From NCBI GenBank assembly GCA_964014485.1, contig CAXHAT010000005.1, positions 23,226-87,225 of the forward strand: a stretch of DNA of 64,000 bases, given 5' to 3'. The notes below the pieces were generated by a model. The model saw only the letters and a list, made by a program, of their open reading frames with translations, made no database searches and was not told where the DNA came from. How positions within the stretch are numbered: the first letter of the stretch is position 1; every line of letters begins with the position of its first letter. Positions 39,697-49,454 of the stretch are shown here, in pieces. Both the position numbers and the translations under genes were made by a program. The stretch comes from an uncultured Deferribacteres bacterium (GTDB taxonomy: Bacteria; Zhuqueibacterota; Zhuqueibacteria; Zhuqueibacterales; Geothermadaptataceae).

Positions 39697-40476
39697 ATGC
39701 ACAAAAAAGTCGTTGAGTTTTGGACGGGGAAATCTGTGTTGATTACGGGGGCTTCCTCGGGTATCGGAAAGGCGGTGGCGGAAGCTTTGGCGCCGTTCAA
39801 GGTAACGCTTGGGTTGGTGAGTCGGCGGGAAGATAAATTGCTCGCGCTTCGAGACGAACTGGCCGGCTCCGGGAGCAAGGTCTGGGTAAAGTCGTGCGAC
39901 GTTCGCAATCGCCAACAAATTTTCGAGGTTGTGCAAGCCTTTGCCGAAGATACGGGGCGAATTGACGCGGCGTGGATTAACAGCGGCGTCAGCATGTCGT
40001 CGTATTATGACGATTGGCGGTGGGAAAATATTGACGCTATGCTCGAAACGAATTTACTCGGCGCGATTTATTCGACCAGAGCTTGTCTTGAGATTATGGT
40101 TCCGCAAAAATCCGGCGTGATTGTTGGCGTCGGCTCCGCGTCGTCGATGCGCGGCCTGCCAAAGCGGGGGATTTATAGTCTGACAAAAATTTCTCTCGAA
40201 TATTTTTTCGAAAGCCTCTCGACCGAACTCCCCGATATCCAATTTACAACACTCCATCCAGGCTATGTGGAAACGGACATAAATCGCGGCAACCAAAAAC
40301 TGTTGTGGCGTATGCCGGCGCAAAATGCTGCACAAATAATGATAGAAAAAGTTGCAAAACGAGAAAAAGTTTACGTTTTCCCATGGCAAATGCGTGTGTT
40401 GTACAGAATCATTCGCTTTGTCCCGAAATCAATTTATCCGGTTCTGGGAGGACGTTTAATGAACCTGAGCAGATGA
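39697..40476 (+). CDS. Short-chain dehydrogenase/reductase
   Basis: TGASSGIG, INSG, YSLTK, PGYVET. Confidence 0.93.
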   Translation: MHKKVVEFWTGKSVLITGASSGIGKAVAEALAPFKVTLGLVSRREDKLLALRDELAGSGSKVWVKSCDVRNRQQIFEVVQAFAEDTGRIDAAWINSGVSMSSYYDDWRWENIDAMLETNLLGAIYSTRACLEIMVPQKSGVIVGVGSASSMRGLPKRGIYSLTKISLEYFFESLSTELPDIQFTTLHPGYVETDINRGNQKLLWRMPAQNAAQIMIEKVAKREKVYVFPWQMRVLYRIIRFVPKSIYPVLGGRLMNLSR

Positions 40477-40483
40477 GGTGGAG

Positions 40484-40765
40484 ATGGAAGAAAGAATCAT
40501 GACGCTGCATCCTGAAGGCAAACAAGGCGTGAATTTGCTGAAAAGAAGGTACGATCAGGTCAAAGACGCCATTCTCGCAGTTCTTGAAAACGGCGGCGAA
40601 GTTACTTTTCGCGACCTGCCCGATCTCGTTGGAGAAAAACTTGGCGATCAGTTCGACGGAAAAATCATGTGGTATGTCACGACGGTCAAATTGGACCTTG
40701 AAGCGCGGGGATTAATTGAACGAATTCCCCGAAAAAGCCCGCAAGTTTTGCGTATTCCGGCGTGA
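40484..40765 (+). CDS. Small winged-helix-like conserved protein (DUF6958-like)
   Basis: LHPEGKQGVN...WYVTTVKLDLEARG. Confidence 0.7.
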   Translation: MEERIMTLHPEGKQGVNLLKRRYDQVKDAILAVLENGGEVTFRDLPDLVGEKLGDQFDGKIMWYVTTVKLDLEARGLIERIPRKSPQVLRIPA

Positions 40766-40769
40766 TTTC

Positions 40770-41318
40770 TCAAGGATTCTCTTCCTGCACAATACGAAAG
40801 ATCGGCGTCCGCAGCGTATCGTTTGCGGCGCTGATCGCTTCGGCGTAAAACTCTCCCTCAAAGCAACTCAGATATTTTTCTGCATCGCTCACGCGGCGCT
40901 CTCCCGAAAATGAAAAATTGAGTAGAGCCGTTGCCGCTTTTCGATCTTTCTTCGTTTCACTCGAAGCGGGTGTATCGCCTTTCGAGCTAATCTCCAAAAT
41001 TGAATTTTCACCCGCCTCTGGCGGATGCGTGCAACCGCATTTCAGCCTGCCAATGATGACGATGTGTTTGATTGAATTGCTCGGATTTTCAACTGTGGCG
41101 GTTAGCGAAACTTTGGCGGACGATGCAATGGTTCGTTCGACAGGTGCGCCCTTTTGGTCTATAATGATGCGCTCACCCGGGATGGCCGCTTTCAATTTGA
41201 TGGCCGGCAGTGCAGTTTCTTTGCTTATTTTTGACGAATCGTCTCGACAGGAAATGAACAGCAAAAGCGCTAAGAACGAATTGATTGAAGAAGAAAAGGA
41301 TCGAGTAAAGAGTCTCAT
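40770..41318 (-). CDS. Hypothetical lipoprotein
   Basis: Start MRLF after AGGGGG; FISC lipobox. Confidence 0.55.
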   Translation of the reverse strand: MRLFTRSFSSSINSFLALLLFISCRDDSSKISKETALPAIKLKAAIPGERIIIDQKGAPVERTIASSAKVSLTATVENPSNSIKHIVIIGRLKCGCTHPPEAGENSILEISSKGDTPASSETKKDRKAATALLNFSFSGERRVSDAEKYLSCFEGEFYAEAISAANDTLRTPIFRIVQEENP

Positions 41319-41507
41319 AGCGCCCCCTTGTTTGAGATTGGTTGGCTGAAAAATGAGAGTTTGGAGCCCGGGTAAAAGTATTGGAATGGACAAAAAAGCC
41401 AAACACAATTCACCTAAATTTTTTTTCGGCGACGGTTGCTCGAGTGTCATCGCCTACTCAAAATACGCTCAAACTTTCCCGTATAATATTTACCAAGAAT
41501 GGCTCAA

Positions 41508-42146
41508 TTAATTGAACAAAGACTTCCTGCCGATTTTGCTGCACAAGGGGCAGGTCGCTGGATCGTGATTCCGGGCGGGGCAGTATTCGCGACCGAAATA
41601 GATGATCTGAAGATGCAACGCGTTCCATTTATCTTCTGGAAACATTCGTTTGAGGTCGCGCTCCGTTTTTTCAACGTTTTTGCCTGTTGAAAGCGTCCAG
41701 CGCCAGGCAAGACGGTGGATGTGCGTATCGACCGGAAAAGCGGGAACGCCGAAAGCTTGCGACATAACGACGGAAGCCGTTTTGTGCCCAACGCCAGGCA
41801 AGGCTTCCAAATCTTCGAAGCTTTGCGGAACGGCTGCATTGTGTTTTTCCAATAAAATTTGCGAGAGTTTGTGGATGGCAGCGGCTTTCCGCGGCGCAAG
41901 GCCGCACGCCTTGATGAATTCTCGTATTTCATCGACGCTTAACAGAACCATTTTTTTCGGCGTATTGGCGCGCTCAAAAAGCGCGGGCGTTACGCGGTTA
42001 ACCATTGCATCGGTGGTTTGAGCGGAAAGCAAAACGGCGATGAGCAGTGTGTAGGGATCGCTGTGTTGCAGCGGAATTGGCGGTTGAGGGTAAAGCTGCT
42101 CGAGGGTTTGCAGTACAATGGAAGCTTTTTCTTTTTTTGTCATCAT
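41508..42146 (-). CDS. nth: Endonuclease III (HhH-GPD glycosylase)
   Basis: LIAVLLSAQTTD, LPGVGHKTA, FPVDTHIHR. Confidence 0.95.
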   Translation of the reverse strand: MMTKKEKASIVLQTLEQLYPQPPIPLQHSDPYTLLIAVLLSAQTTDAMVNRVTPALFERANTPKKMVLLSVDEIREFIKACGLAPRKAAAIHKLSQILLEKHNAAVPQSFEDLEALPGVGHKTASVVMSQAFGVPAFPVDTHIHRLAWRWTLSTGKNVEKTERDLKRMFPEDKWNALHLQIIYFGREYCPARNHDPATCPLCSKIGRKSLFN

Positions 42147-42284
42147 TAAAAAATCTGTTAGAAAAGCTGATAGGGCATAGACTGAATTTATTGGGCAGAA
42201 GATAAAAACGTTTGCTGAGATTGCAAGCCTTTGTAGATTAAGGCAAAAGCCCTTGGGCGAGAATAACACAAAGCGGAGCAAGAT

Positions 42285-42680
42285 GTGGAGAAGATTAAAA
42301 AAACAGAAGAAGAGTGGCGCGCTCAGTTAACCGACGAGCAGTACCGAGTGACGCGCCGGGCGGGGACGGAAAGGCCGTTTACCGGGGAATTTGACAAGCA
42401 CTTTGCGGACGGGATGTACAAGTGCGTTTGCTGCGGCGCCCAGCTTTTTGAGTCGGACGCTAAATTTGATTCAGGGTGCGGCTGGCCAAGTTTTTACGAC
42501 GTCGCCAACAATAAGAATGTGACCACGTACGCGGACGCCAGTCATGGAATGAATCGAATTGAGGTGCGCTGCGCAAAATGTGATGCGCATCTTGGACATG
42601 TTTTTAATGACGGGCCGCAGCCAACCGGTTTACGTTATTGCATAAATTCCGCAGCGCTCAATTTCGGGGATAAGCCTTAG
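42285..42680 (+). CDS. msrB: Peptide methionine sulfoxide reductase B
   Basis: [32 protein letters not shown]. Confidence 0.97.
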   Translation: MEKIKKTEEEWRAQLTDEQYRVTRRAGTERPFTGEFDKHFADGMYKCVCCGAQLFESDAKFDSGCGWPSFYDVANNKNVTTYADASHGMNRIEVRCAKCDAHLGHVFNDGPQPTGLRYCINSAALNFGDKP

Positions 42681-44602
42681 CCTTGCATTTGACTTTTGAG
42701 CAGTTTAGCGCATTGAATCAGCGCACCAAGCGAAACGGCGGAAGCCGGGGCGCCGACGGGCTTATGCGGCGCATCGCCCGTATAAGCTTCGTAAACATGG
42801 CCGATAACGCCGTCGTTCACGGAAGCGAAAAGCGGCTGGAAAATTTTGAACAATTCCAGAGCTGGAACGCCGCAGCGCAAAGACGCTTGCAGAAAGGGCC
42901 AGGTGAGCCAGGGGTGTATAACGCCGTTGTGCCAGGCCCCGGCGATTTCTTGGGGGCTTTTCGGCGCGCCGCCGCGATAAGCCGGATGTTGGGGCGTCAA
43001 TGTGCGCAAACCGTACGGCGTGACGAGCAGTTTCCTGGCTTTGGAAACGACGGACGATATTTGCTCATTTGAGAACGGCGTAAAAGACAATCCCAAAGCA
43101 ATAATTTGATTGGCCCGGAAGGTTGTGTCAATGCCGTCTTTTGAAACGACGTCGACGAGATATTTGAGTTCGTTGACCCAGAATTTTTTGAGCATGCTGT
43201 GATGCGCGCGCTCCAAAAAAGACCTGGTTTTTTCGGCCCCTGTTCTGCGTCCCAAAAGCTTTGAAAACTCGAACGCAACGCGCAGCGCGTTGTACCACAG
43301 GGCCTGAATTTCTACCGGTTTGCCATACCTTGGGGTAACCGGCCACTCGCCGAATTTTTGATCCATCCAGGTTAAGCCGGAAGCGCCGTCAATGATTTCC
43401 AACAGCCCGTCTTCCGAATCCATCTTGACGCCGTTTTCCGTCCCGCTGATATGATTTTCCAGGAGCTTGATAAGAAAGGGGTAGTTTTGTTCCAAAAACT
43501 CTTTGTCTTGGCTCTCACGCCAGTAGGTGTAGGCAATGTGGAACATCCACAGAGCATTGTCGGCGCTGTCGTACGTGGGCGGCGTAATATCTTCGAAAAA
43601 ACGATTCGGCAAAGCGTTCTTTTTCATATGACGCTTGAGCATCTCGAGCATATTTTTCATCGCGTCATAATTTCCCGGGCCGATGAGCAGGCCGGGAATG
43701 GAAAGCAGCGTCGTACGCGCATGATCGACGCCGGCGGGATAGGTTGCTGCCAGCGATTGGTTCTCAAGCGCCGTTTCCGTCGGGCGTTCTAATTGAAAAG
43801 CGTTTGCATTGCACGCGAGAATGAGCGATTCCTGGCCTTGCCCGGCCGGGAAATCGACGAAGAACGGCTTGCCGCCTTGTTGCACTGTTGATTGATAGGC
43901 GTCGTTGGCGTCGAATTCAGCCGTCTCATTCAAACCGGCGCGAATCGTCGCTGTCTCCCCTTGTTTGAGAATAAAGCTTAGAGCGGCGGGAACGTAGCAC
44001 TTTTCCTGCGGGTGCGTTTGAGAATCCGCGAAATTGAGCTGTGCAAAGTTATTGATAGCGACGGCTGCGGTACGCCTGTCTGTTGAGAAATGCAGCCATT
44101 TCTTTTCTTCGCGTTCTATCTGGAACTTAAACCCGCCGGGGGACATCTTCAGCGGCGGCTCGGAGAAAGTCGATGAGAAAAAATCGTCATCAATATTGAG
44201 GTATGGCTGGACGCGAAGCCGACACGGCTCAAGCGCGTTTTCAACCGAGTATTGCACAAATACAGCGTCCATTGACTGTGGCAGCCAAATGCGTTTTTTG
44301 ATGACGAACTGAGCGGTGCTGTAGATAAACGCAGGCAAGTAATTTTCCATCCGAAATTCGAATTCCAGTCCGGGAATGGCAGGCGGCGATTCCGATTCAG
44401 CATCTAAAGATTTGGTGATAGGCCTCCAGTTGTGGTTGATGTAGATGTCATCTTGAAAATGCCTGATGCAAATCTTGCGACGCAATGGAGGTCTTAAAAC
44501 TGCGGTGAATAAAGCATGCTCCGGCTTGTAAACGCAGCCGGTTGATGTGCCGAAACTAAACGCTCCAAACCTGTTCGTCAAAAGCCATTCTTTGTACTGC
44601 AC
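42677..44602 (-). CDS. Glycogen debranching amylo-alpha-1,6-glucosidase-like protein
   Basis: [36 protein letters not shown]. Confidence 0.85.
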   Translation of the reverse strand: MQYKEWLLTNRFGAFSFGTSTGCVYKPEHALFTAVLRPPLRRKICIRHFQDDIYINHNWRPITKSLDAESESPPAIPGLEFEFRMENYLPAFIYSTAQFVIKKRIWLPQSMDAVFVQYSVENALEPCRLRVQPYLNIDDDFFSSTFSEPPLKMSPGGFKFQIEREEKKWLHFSTDRRTAAVAINNFAQLNFADSQTHPQEKCYVPAALSFILKQGETATIRAGLNETAEFDANDAYQSTVQQGGKPFFVDFPAGQGQESLILACNANAFQLERPTETALENQSLAATYPAGVDHARTTLLSIPGLLIGPGNYDAMKNMLEMLKRHMKKNALPNRFFEDITPPTYDSADNALWMFHIAYTYWRESQDKEFLEQNYPFLIKLLENHISGTENGVKMDSEDGLLEIIDGASGLTWMDQKFGEWPVTPRYGKPVEIQALWYNALRVAFEFSKLLGRRTGAEKTRSFLERAHHSMLKKFWVNELKYLVDVVSKDGIDTTFRANQIIALGLSFTPFSNEQISSVVSKARKLLVTPYGLRTLTPQHPAYRGGAPKSPQEIAGAWHNGVIHPWLTWPFLQASLRCGVPALELFKIFQPLFASVNDGVIGHVYEAYTGDAPHKPVGAPASAVSLGALIQCAKLLKSQMQG

Positions 44603-44718
44603 GTAAAAATCCTTTGCTGAATGCTAACTGGCTGGAAAATTCCTGGATTTAGTTGTTTATTTACCTGCGCGTGTAATTTGATGAAGAAACCTGTTGCAGA
44701 TGAGCGGCAAAATTGGCG

Positions 44719-45225
44719 TTACGCAGCCAACGCCGGAACATGATCAAATGCCGGAATCTGCGGGCGGAATGATTTTTCAGCGCTTTGCTGTTCAAGTTGA
44801 ATTTGTTCCAGGGGATTCATATTGAGCGAGGCGGCGTCCGGCGCCGCGACCGGAATGCAGGAATTGTAAAGTCCAAAGGCGACATCTAATCGCGCTTCAC
44901 AGACTTCGCGAGCTACGCCGGCTCCTAACAAAAGGCTAAGTTCCCGCCCTAACGCTGAGTTCTGCTCTTCCTGCCTTACGATGCGATTTCCTGTTTGTCT
45001 GACTTCGAGCGCCAGTTGAGAAAGATAGCGCACGCCAAGAGGCATGTCTTCTGAATAAGCTCGCCAAAGCGCGCTTTGCAAAACGTTCGGTGAGGCCGCT
45101 TCCAAATTAATTTCCTTTTCCAGAACGATCCGGTTCAGTGAGGGGCAGCACATTACGGCAAATCCTCCATTCATTTTTTTCCGATTTTGGATAATGGTAA
45201 AAACTATAAACGACGCCAGTTTCAA
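44719..45225 (-). CDS. Hypothetical protein (start uncertain)
   Basis: ORF co-oriented with neighbours; no motif recognised. Confidence 0.5.
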   Translation of the reverse strand: MKLASFIVFTIIQNRKKMNGGFAVMCCPSLNRIVLEKEINLEAASPNVLQSALWRAYSEDMPLGVRYLSQLALEVRQTGNRIVRQEEQNSALGRELSLLLGAGVAREVCEARLDVAFGLYNSCIPVAAPDAASLNMNPLEQIQLEQQSAEKSFRPQIPAFDHVPALAA

Positions 45226-45258
45226 TTGGCGGGTAAGGCTTGTAAAATGGCGGTAAAA

Positions 45259-46074
45259 TCAGGTTTTCAGACGCGCGAGCAAAGCTACGGGATTTTCTCG
45301 CATCCAGAGAGGGGTGTTTTGCACATAGCGACGAATGGCGCCGTCGATGCGCCGCCACTTTAATTCTTGCGCCTCAGTCCAGGGCAAGTTGAACCCCAGC
45401 CTGACGCTTTCCGGGAGAGATGATGCGGCAAGCGATGAGACGAATGGAGAAAGCGCCTTGTTTCTGTTGAGAATAGCGTGAGTTAATTGGGAAGAAACTT
45501 GGGTGCTGCAAAGCGCGCCGCTATTCAATATTTCGTCAAAATAGTGCTGAAACGCGCGCCAATTTTGAGGCGGCAAGGCGGGATTTAATCCAAACAGGGG
45601 CGTGAGTTTTAAAGATTCCTGGTAATATGTTTCAAGTCCTTCCGAATCTATCGCGGTTCCCCATCTTTCGTGTGCATAAACTGAACTGTCGATCAACGTC
45701 GCGATAACCCAGAAGCTCAATTCCGGGTCATGGGCGCTGTAGTGTCGCGGTTTCGTTTCAGGTTGGGAGTAGTAAATTCCCTTGACTGGCCTGTGCGCCG
45801 CGTTGATTCTTTGCAGCGCTTTTCTCGACGCTGCCGGGCGGCTAAAAATGACCTGACTCATCAGCCAAAGCGTGTTCCACAAACGCCGCCAGGGATGCGC
45901 GCGCCAATCGCTGTGCTCGAAAACGCCCGCCGCTATGCCGGGATGGGCGATTTGCAGCAGCAACGCGCGCGGCCCGGCAAGCAGAACAAAAGCCTCCCGG
46001 TTGATTTTCCACGTCATGCTGCCCCGGCCCAAACCAGCAATGCTTGAAATTTTTGCGACGCGATCCGATTTCAA
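45259..46074 (-). CDS. MpaB/DUF2236 (Lcp-like) oxygenase family protein
   Basis: GPRALLLQIAHPGIAAGVFEHS, INAAHRPVKG, YSAHDPEL..WVIATL. Confidence 0.88.
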   Translation of the reverse strand: MKSDRVAKISSIAGLGRGSMTWKINREAFVLLAGPRALLLQIAHPGIAAGVFEHSDWRAHPWRRLWNTLWLMSQVIFSRPAASRKALQRINAAHRPVKGIYYSQPETKPRHYSAHDPELSFWVIATLIDSSVYAHERWGTAIDSEGLETYYQESLKLTPLFGLNPALPPQNWRAFQHYFDEILNSGALCSTQVSSQLTHAILNRNKALSPFVSSLAASSLPESVRLGFNLPWTEAQELKWRRIDGAIRRYVQNTPLWMRENPVALLARLKT

Positions 46075-46080
46075 AGGTCG

Positions 46081-46488
46081 TCAAATGTTTGCAGTCAACA
46101 TGGACATTTTGCGCCAAATATGCCAGATAGTAAGCGCGCCTTGCCCTGCGATAATCATGTTGAGCATAATCGCCCAATACTCGAAATCGCCGGTCGTCTC
46201 GCCAAGATGAATTCCCCAGGCCGTCCCAAACGCGCCGACGGCGACAAGAACGATTGCGCCGATAATGAGCAAATGGCTTTGCATCGAAGCTTTTGGTGAT
46301 GCGTTCCTGATCGCAGCTAGTGTTAAGCCGCCGACGGAGATGACGATTAACGCGCAAACCTGGCGAACGACGTTCCAGGCCAAATCGTCGCCGTTGTAAA
46401 AAGCAATATGTCCAATTATCAAAAACGCCATGAGAATAGTCAGACAAGCCGAAAGAACCAGCGCAATTTTTGTGAGTTGCTCTAACAT
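46081..46488 (-). CDS. Four-TM membrane protein
   Basis: GGAGG SD; four hydrophobic segments. Confidence 0.7.
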   Translation of the reverse strand: MLEQLTKIALVLSACLTILMAFLIIGHIAFYNGDDLAWNVVRQVCALIVISVGGLTLAAIRNASPKASMQSHLLIIGAIVLVAVGAFGTAWGIHLGETTGDFEYWAIMLNMIIAGQGALTIWHIWRKMSMLTANI

Positions 46489-46558
46489 ATTGCCTCCATT
46501 TTTGATTGGTTTGACGCCGTTTTCACAAAGTGATCAAGGCATAGGCGGGCAAACGCGC

Positions 46559-47293
46559 TTACCCGGACATGCGCTGTTCGTTCAACATGCCGAAGCGCCG
46601 GTCGCGCTGTTTGAAATCATAAACAACGCTTTCAAGATCATGAACATCAAAAGCGGGCCACATTTTTTTGAGAAAGAAGAGCTCGGCGTAGGCGCATTCC
46701 CAGAGCAAAAAGTCACTCAAGCGCTGCTCGCCCCCGGTTCGTATCAGAATGTCAACGTCCGGGTTGTGCTCGCCAGTGTGGTTCTCCCCGGCCAGAAATT
46801 TTGCGAAATCATCACGTGAAAGCCGCCCGTTTGGTTCACAGCGCTGCGCCGCGGTGAGAAGTTGGTCGCGTGCGGAGTAGTCGGCGGCGATGCGCAAATG
46901 CAGTCGTTTGCAGTCTTTCGATTTTTCTTCGGCTTGCGCAATCATTTTTTGAAGTTTGCCGGAAAAACGATCCCTGCGCCCGATAATGCTCAGGCGAACG
47001 TCATTTTGAATACACTCGCTGACCTCGGATTTAAGGTAGAATTGAAAAAGCTTCATGAGCGCGCTCACTTCTCCTTGCGGACGCTTCCAATTATCGGAAG
47101 AAAAAGCGTAGAGCGTTAACGTGCTAATATCGAGCGATGGAGCCGCTTCAACGATCCGCCGCACGGTTTCCATGCCTTTACGGTGTCCTTCCACCCGAGG
47201 CAGGCCGCGAGAAGTCGCCCAGCGTCCATTGCCGTCCATGATAATCGCCAGATGCAGTTTTGGCGTTTCGTCGTTATAAAAAGTACTTTGCAT
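46559..47293 (-). CDS. uppS: cis-prenyltransferase (undecaprenyl diphosphate synthase family)
   Basis: HLAIIMDGNGRWA, YAFSSDNWKRP, DILIRTGGEQRLSDFLLWECAYAEL. Confidence 0.95.
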   Translation of the reverse strand: MQSTFYNDETPKLHLAIIMDGNGRWATSRGLPRVEGHRKGMETVRRIVEAAPSLDISTLTLYAFSSDNWKRPQGEVSALMKLFQFYLKSEVSECIQNDVRLSIIGRRDRFSGKLQKMIAQAEEKSKDCKRLHLRIAADYSARDQLLTAAQRCEPNGRLSRDDFAKFLAGENHTGEHNPDVDILIRTGGEQRLSDFLLWECAYAELFFLKKMWPAFDVHDLESVVYDFKQRDRRFGMLNEQRMSG

Positions 47294-47303
47294 AATAAAG
47301 TCC
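47281..47303. promoter_or_regulatory. Operator-like repeat, copy 1 (covers uppS start codon)
   Basis: AAGTACTTTGCATAATAAAGTCC, core ACTTT-N7-AAAGT. Confidence 0.7.
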
Positions 47304-47335
47304 TTTGAGTAAAAAAAACCTTCCTGGAATGCTGT

Positions 47336-47746
47336 TTATTGTTCTGTGCGCATGGCTTGAATAAGACTTTCCATGTGTTCCAAGTAAGCTTGCAGGGAAC
47401 GTCGGCCTTTGGCTGTAATTTTGAATTCCGTCTTCGGAACGCGACCTTCAAAAAATTTTCTGGCAGTTATATACTTCGCATCTTCCAATTTGCGGGCGTG
47501 GACGCTAAGATTTCCATCGGTTACGCTGAGAAGTTGTTTTAAATCACTAAAGGTCAAAGATACGTTCACCGAGAGAGCGCTAATGATGGCCAGACGAATG
47601 CGTTCATGAATGATGCGATCGAATTGCACGCTGCCCTCGTCTGAAGCCAGTCCGCGCACGACTTTGAGCACGCGCGTTTGCGGCGACGGATCCGTCCCTT
47701 CGAATTCTTCGCTTTCCGGAGAAAGGATAGTTTTGCTAACCGCCAT
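47336..47746 (-). CDS. Winged-helix transcriptional regulator (HTH_34, MarR/ArsR-like)
   Basis: DRIIHERIRLAI...TDGNLSVHARKLE..Y...K.F.GRVP.T. Confidence 0.9.
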   Translation of the reverse strand: MAVSKTILSPESEEFEGTDPSPQTRVLKVVRGLASDEGSVQFDRIIHERIRLAIISALSVNVSLTFSDLKQLLSVTDGNLSVHARKLEDAKYITARKFFEGRVPKTEFKITAKGRRSLQAYLEHMESLIQAMRTEQ

Positions 47747-48344
47747 AATTCTTTGCGATAATTTGACCAAAAATGATATGCAGCGCGCCAAAGCCTATGG
47801 CCATAAACCAGGGCGCGTAAGGCTCGATAAAAAGCGCAAAAAAGCCAAGCGCCATAAAACACCCGCCCATAATAGGCACAATTCTCACCGAAAACATGCC
47901 GCCGGTAATCACGCCCGCGCCGTAGAGCAGCAGCCACAAGCCCGGCAAAAATTGAATCAAGCCGTTTTGATAAAAAAGAATGGTCAGAATCAAGCCGGAG
48001 ACCAGTGGTATGCAAAGGCTGACGATGAATCTTTTCCCGGGCCCTGAAAGCAGGGGCAGACCGGCGTTTTCCGCTTTTCTGTTCATCATGACAACGCCGA
48101 TGCTGATTGCAAAAATCGCATCGATCACCCAGCAAATGAGCCAAGCGGTCGGTGAAGAAATAAAAGACGCGATGATGGAAGTCAGGATTGCGGAAGCGCC
48201 GATGAGCATCGTACCCTTTCCGGGAACTGCGGTGAAAGATGTGGCGCGTTCCATCGTTTCGCGGATAATGCGGATATTTTCAATGGCATTATCCTGCATG
48301 GATGGCGGGGCGAATGTTTGTGAGCCGTTTTTGTTCATGCGCAT
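47736..48344 (-). CDS. Membrane protein
   Basis: AIENIRIIRETMERA, WLLLYG, FGALHIIFG; six TM segments. Confidence 0.8.
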   Translation of the reverse strand: MRMNKNGSQTFAPPSMQDNAIENIRIIRETMERATSFTAVPGKGTMLIGASAILTSIIASFISSPTAWLICWVIDAIFAISIGVVMMNRKAENAGLPLLSGPGKRFIVSLCIPLVSGLILTILFYQNGLIQFLPGLWLLLYGAGVITGGMFSVRIVPIMGGCFMALGFFALFIEPYAPWFMAIGFGALHIIFGQIIAKNYGG

Positions 48345-48371
48345 ATCATAAATAAAGTAATCTAAAAAAAC

Positions 48372-48394
48372 AAGTACTTTGTATTATAAAGTCC
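48372..48394. promoter_or_regulatory. Operator-like repeat, copy 2
   Basis: AAGTACTTTGTATTATAAAGTCC, 21/23 identical to copy 1. Confidence 0.7.
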
Positions 48395-48523
48395 GTGCTC
48401 TCGTTTTGCGTAAGCCTTTGCCGGGTTTTGTGATTTCATTTTTAGACTCTTTTTGTTTTGAGAATAACCCGATTTGGGTAGGTTTGATTATCCGATAAAA
48501 ATGGCACATTTAAGGAGGCTTGA

Positions 48524-49303
48524 ATGAAAAGAAAACCAATGACCGTCGTTTTGTTGGCCGTACTAGGCGGTTTTTTAAGCTTGTCGAGCTTTGCGTTTTG
48601 GACGGAGAATGGAAAAGAAGTTGAGAAATGGGATCCCGTTGCGACCTTTTCGGTGTTGGGGTATGATCCTGAAACGGGTGAGGTTGGCGGCGCCGTGCAA
48701 TCACGCGTTTTTTCCGTGGGCAACGGCGTTTTGTGGGGCGAGGCGAATGTGGGCGTCGTTGCGACACAGGCAATTGTTGACGTCAGTTACGGGCCCCAAG
48801 CGTTGGAACTGTTGAAGAAAGGGCTTTCGCCGGAAGACGTCGTGAAACAAGTTTGGGAAAACGACCCCGATCCGCGGCCCGGGCGCTGGACGAAGCATGG
48901 TCGGCAATTTGCCGTGATGAACGCCAAGGGCGAGTACAAGGCGTTCACCGGCCCGAAAGCGTCCGATTGGGCGGGCCACAAGAGCGGAAAATTTGTAACC
49001 GCACAAGGTAACATTTTGGCCGGTGAAGCTGTGGTGAACGACATGGTCACAGCGTTTGAGAATACCGAAGGACATCTGTCATTGCGGCTTTTGGCGGCCC
49101 TCGAAGCAGGGCAAGCCGCCGGCGGGGACACGCGCGGCATGCAGTCCGCCGCCATTCTCATCGTTAAAGAAGACGGCGGCGTTTGGCTGAACAACGACGT
49201 TGTCCTGCGCTTGCAAGTCGATGACAACCCTGAGCCGATCAAAGAATTGCGCCGGTTGATCGAAAAGGCGGTCGAACGTTTTCGGTTTGGCCAAAAACGC
49301 TAA
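48524..49303 (+). CDS. DUF1028 Ntn-hydrolase-like secreted protein
   Basis: ATFSV, GGAVQS, VATQA, QGNILAG, AGGDTRGMQSAA. Confidence 0.9.
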   Translation: MKRKPMTVVLLAVLGGFLSLSSFAFWTENGKEVEKWDPVATFSVLGYDPETGEVGGAVQSRVFSVGNGVLWGEANVGVVATQAIVDVSYGPQALELLKKGLSPEDVVKQVWENDPDPRPGRWTKHGRQFAVMNAKGEYKAFTGPKASDWAGHKSGKFVTAQGNILAGEAVVNDMVTAFENTEGHLSLRLLAALEAGQAAGGDTRGMQSAAILIVKEDGGVWLNNDVVLRLQVDDNPEPIKELRRLIEKAVERFRFGQKR

Positions 49304-49309
49304 GCGGAG

Positions 49310-49445
49310 GAAAGTCCCGGGTTGTCATTCGGGAGAGCGAGAAGCCTGAGAAGCTAAATTTCTGTCATCTCCCGGCGTGGATTACGCTCAAAGCTCAAGG
49401 GTTAAATCCAAAAGACGCTTCGAGCATGACAATTCCGGGCTTTTC
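49310..49445. repeat. Family-B repeat without an outer TIR wrapper
   Basis: GAAAGTCCCGGGTTGTCATTC...GCATGACAATTCCGGGCTTTTC; reverse-complement homolog of the 21.6 and 27.5 kb cores. Confidence 0.8.
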
Positions 49446-49454
49446 GATATGGAT

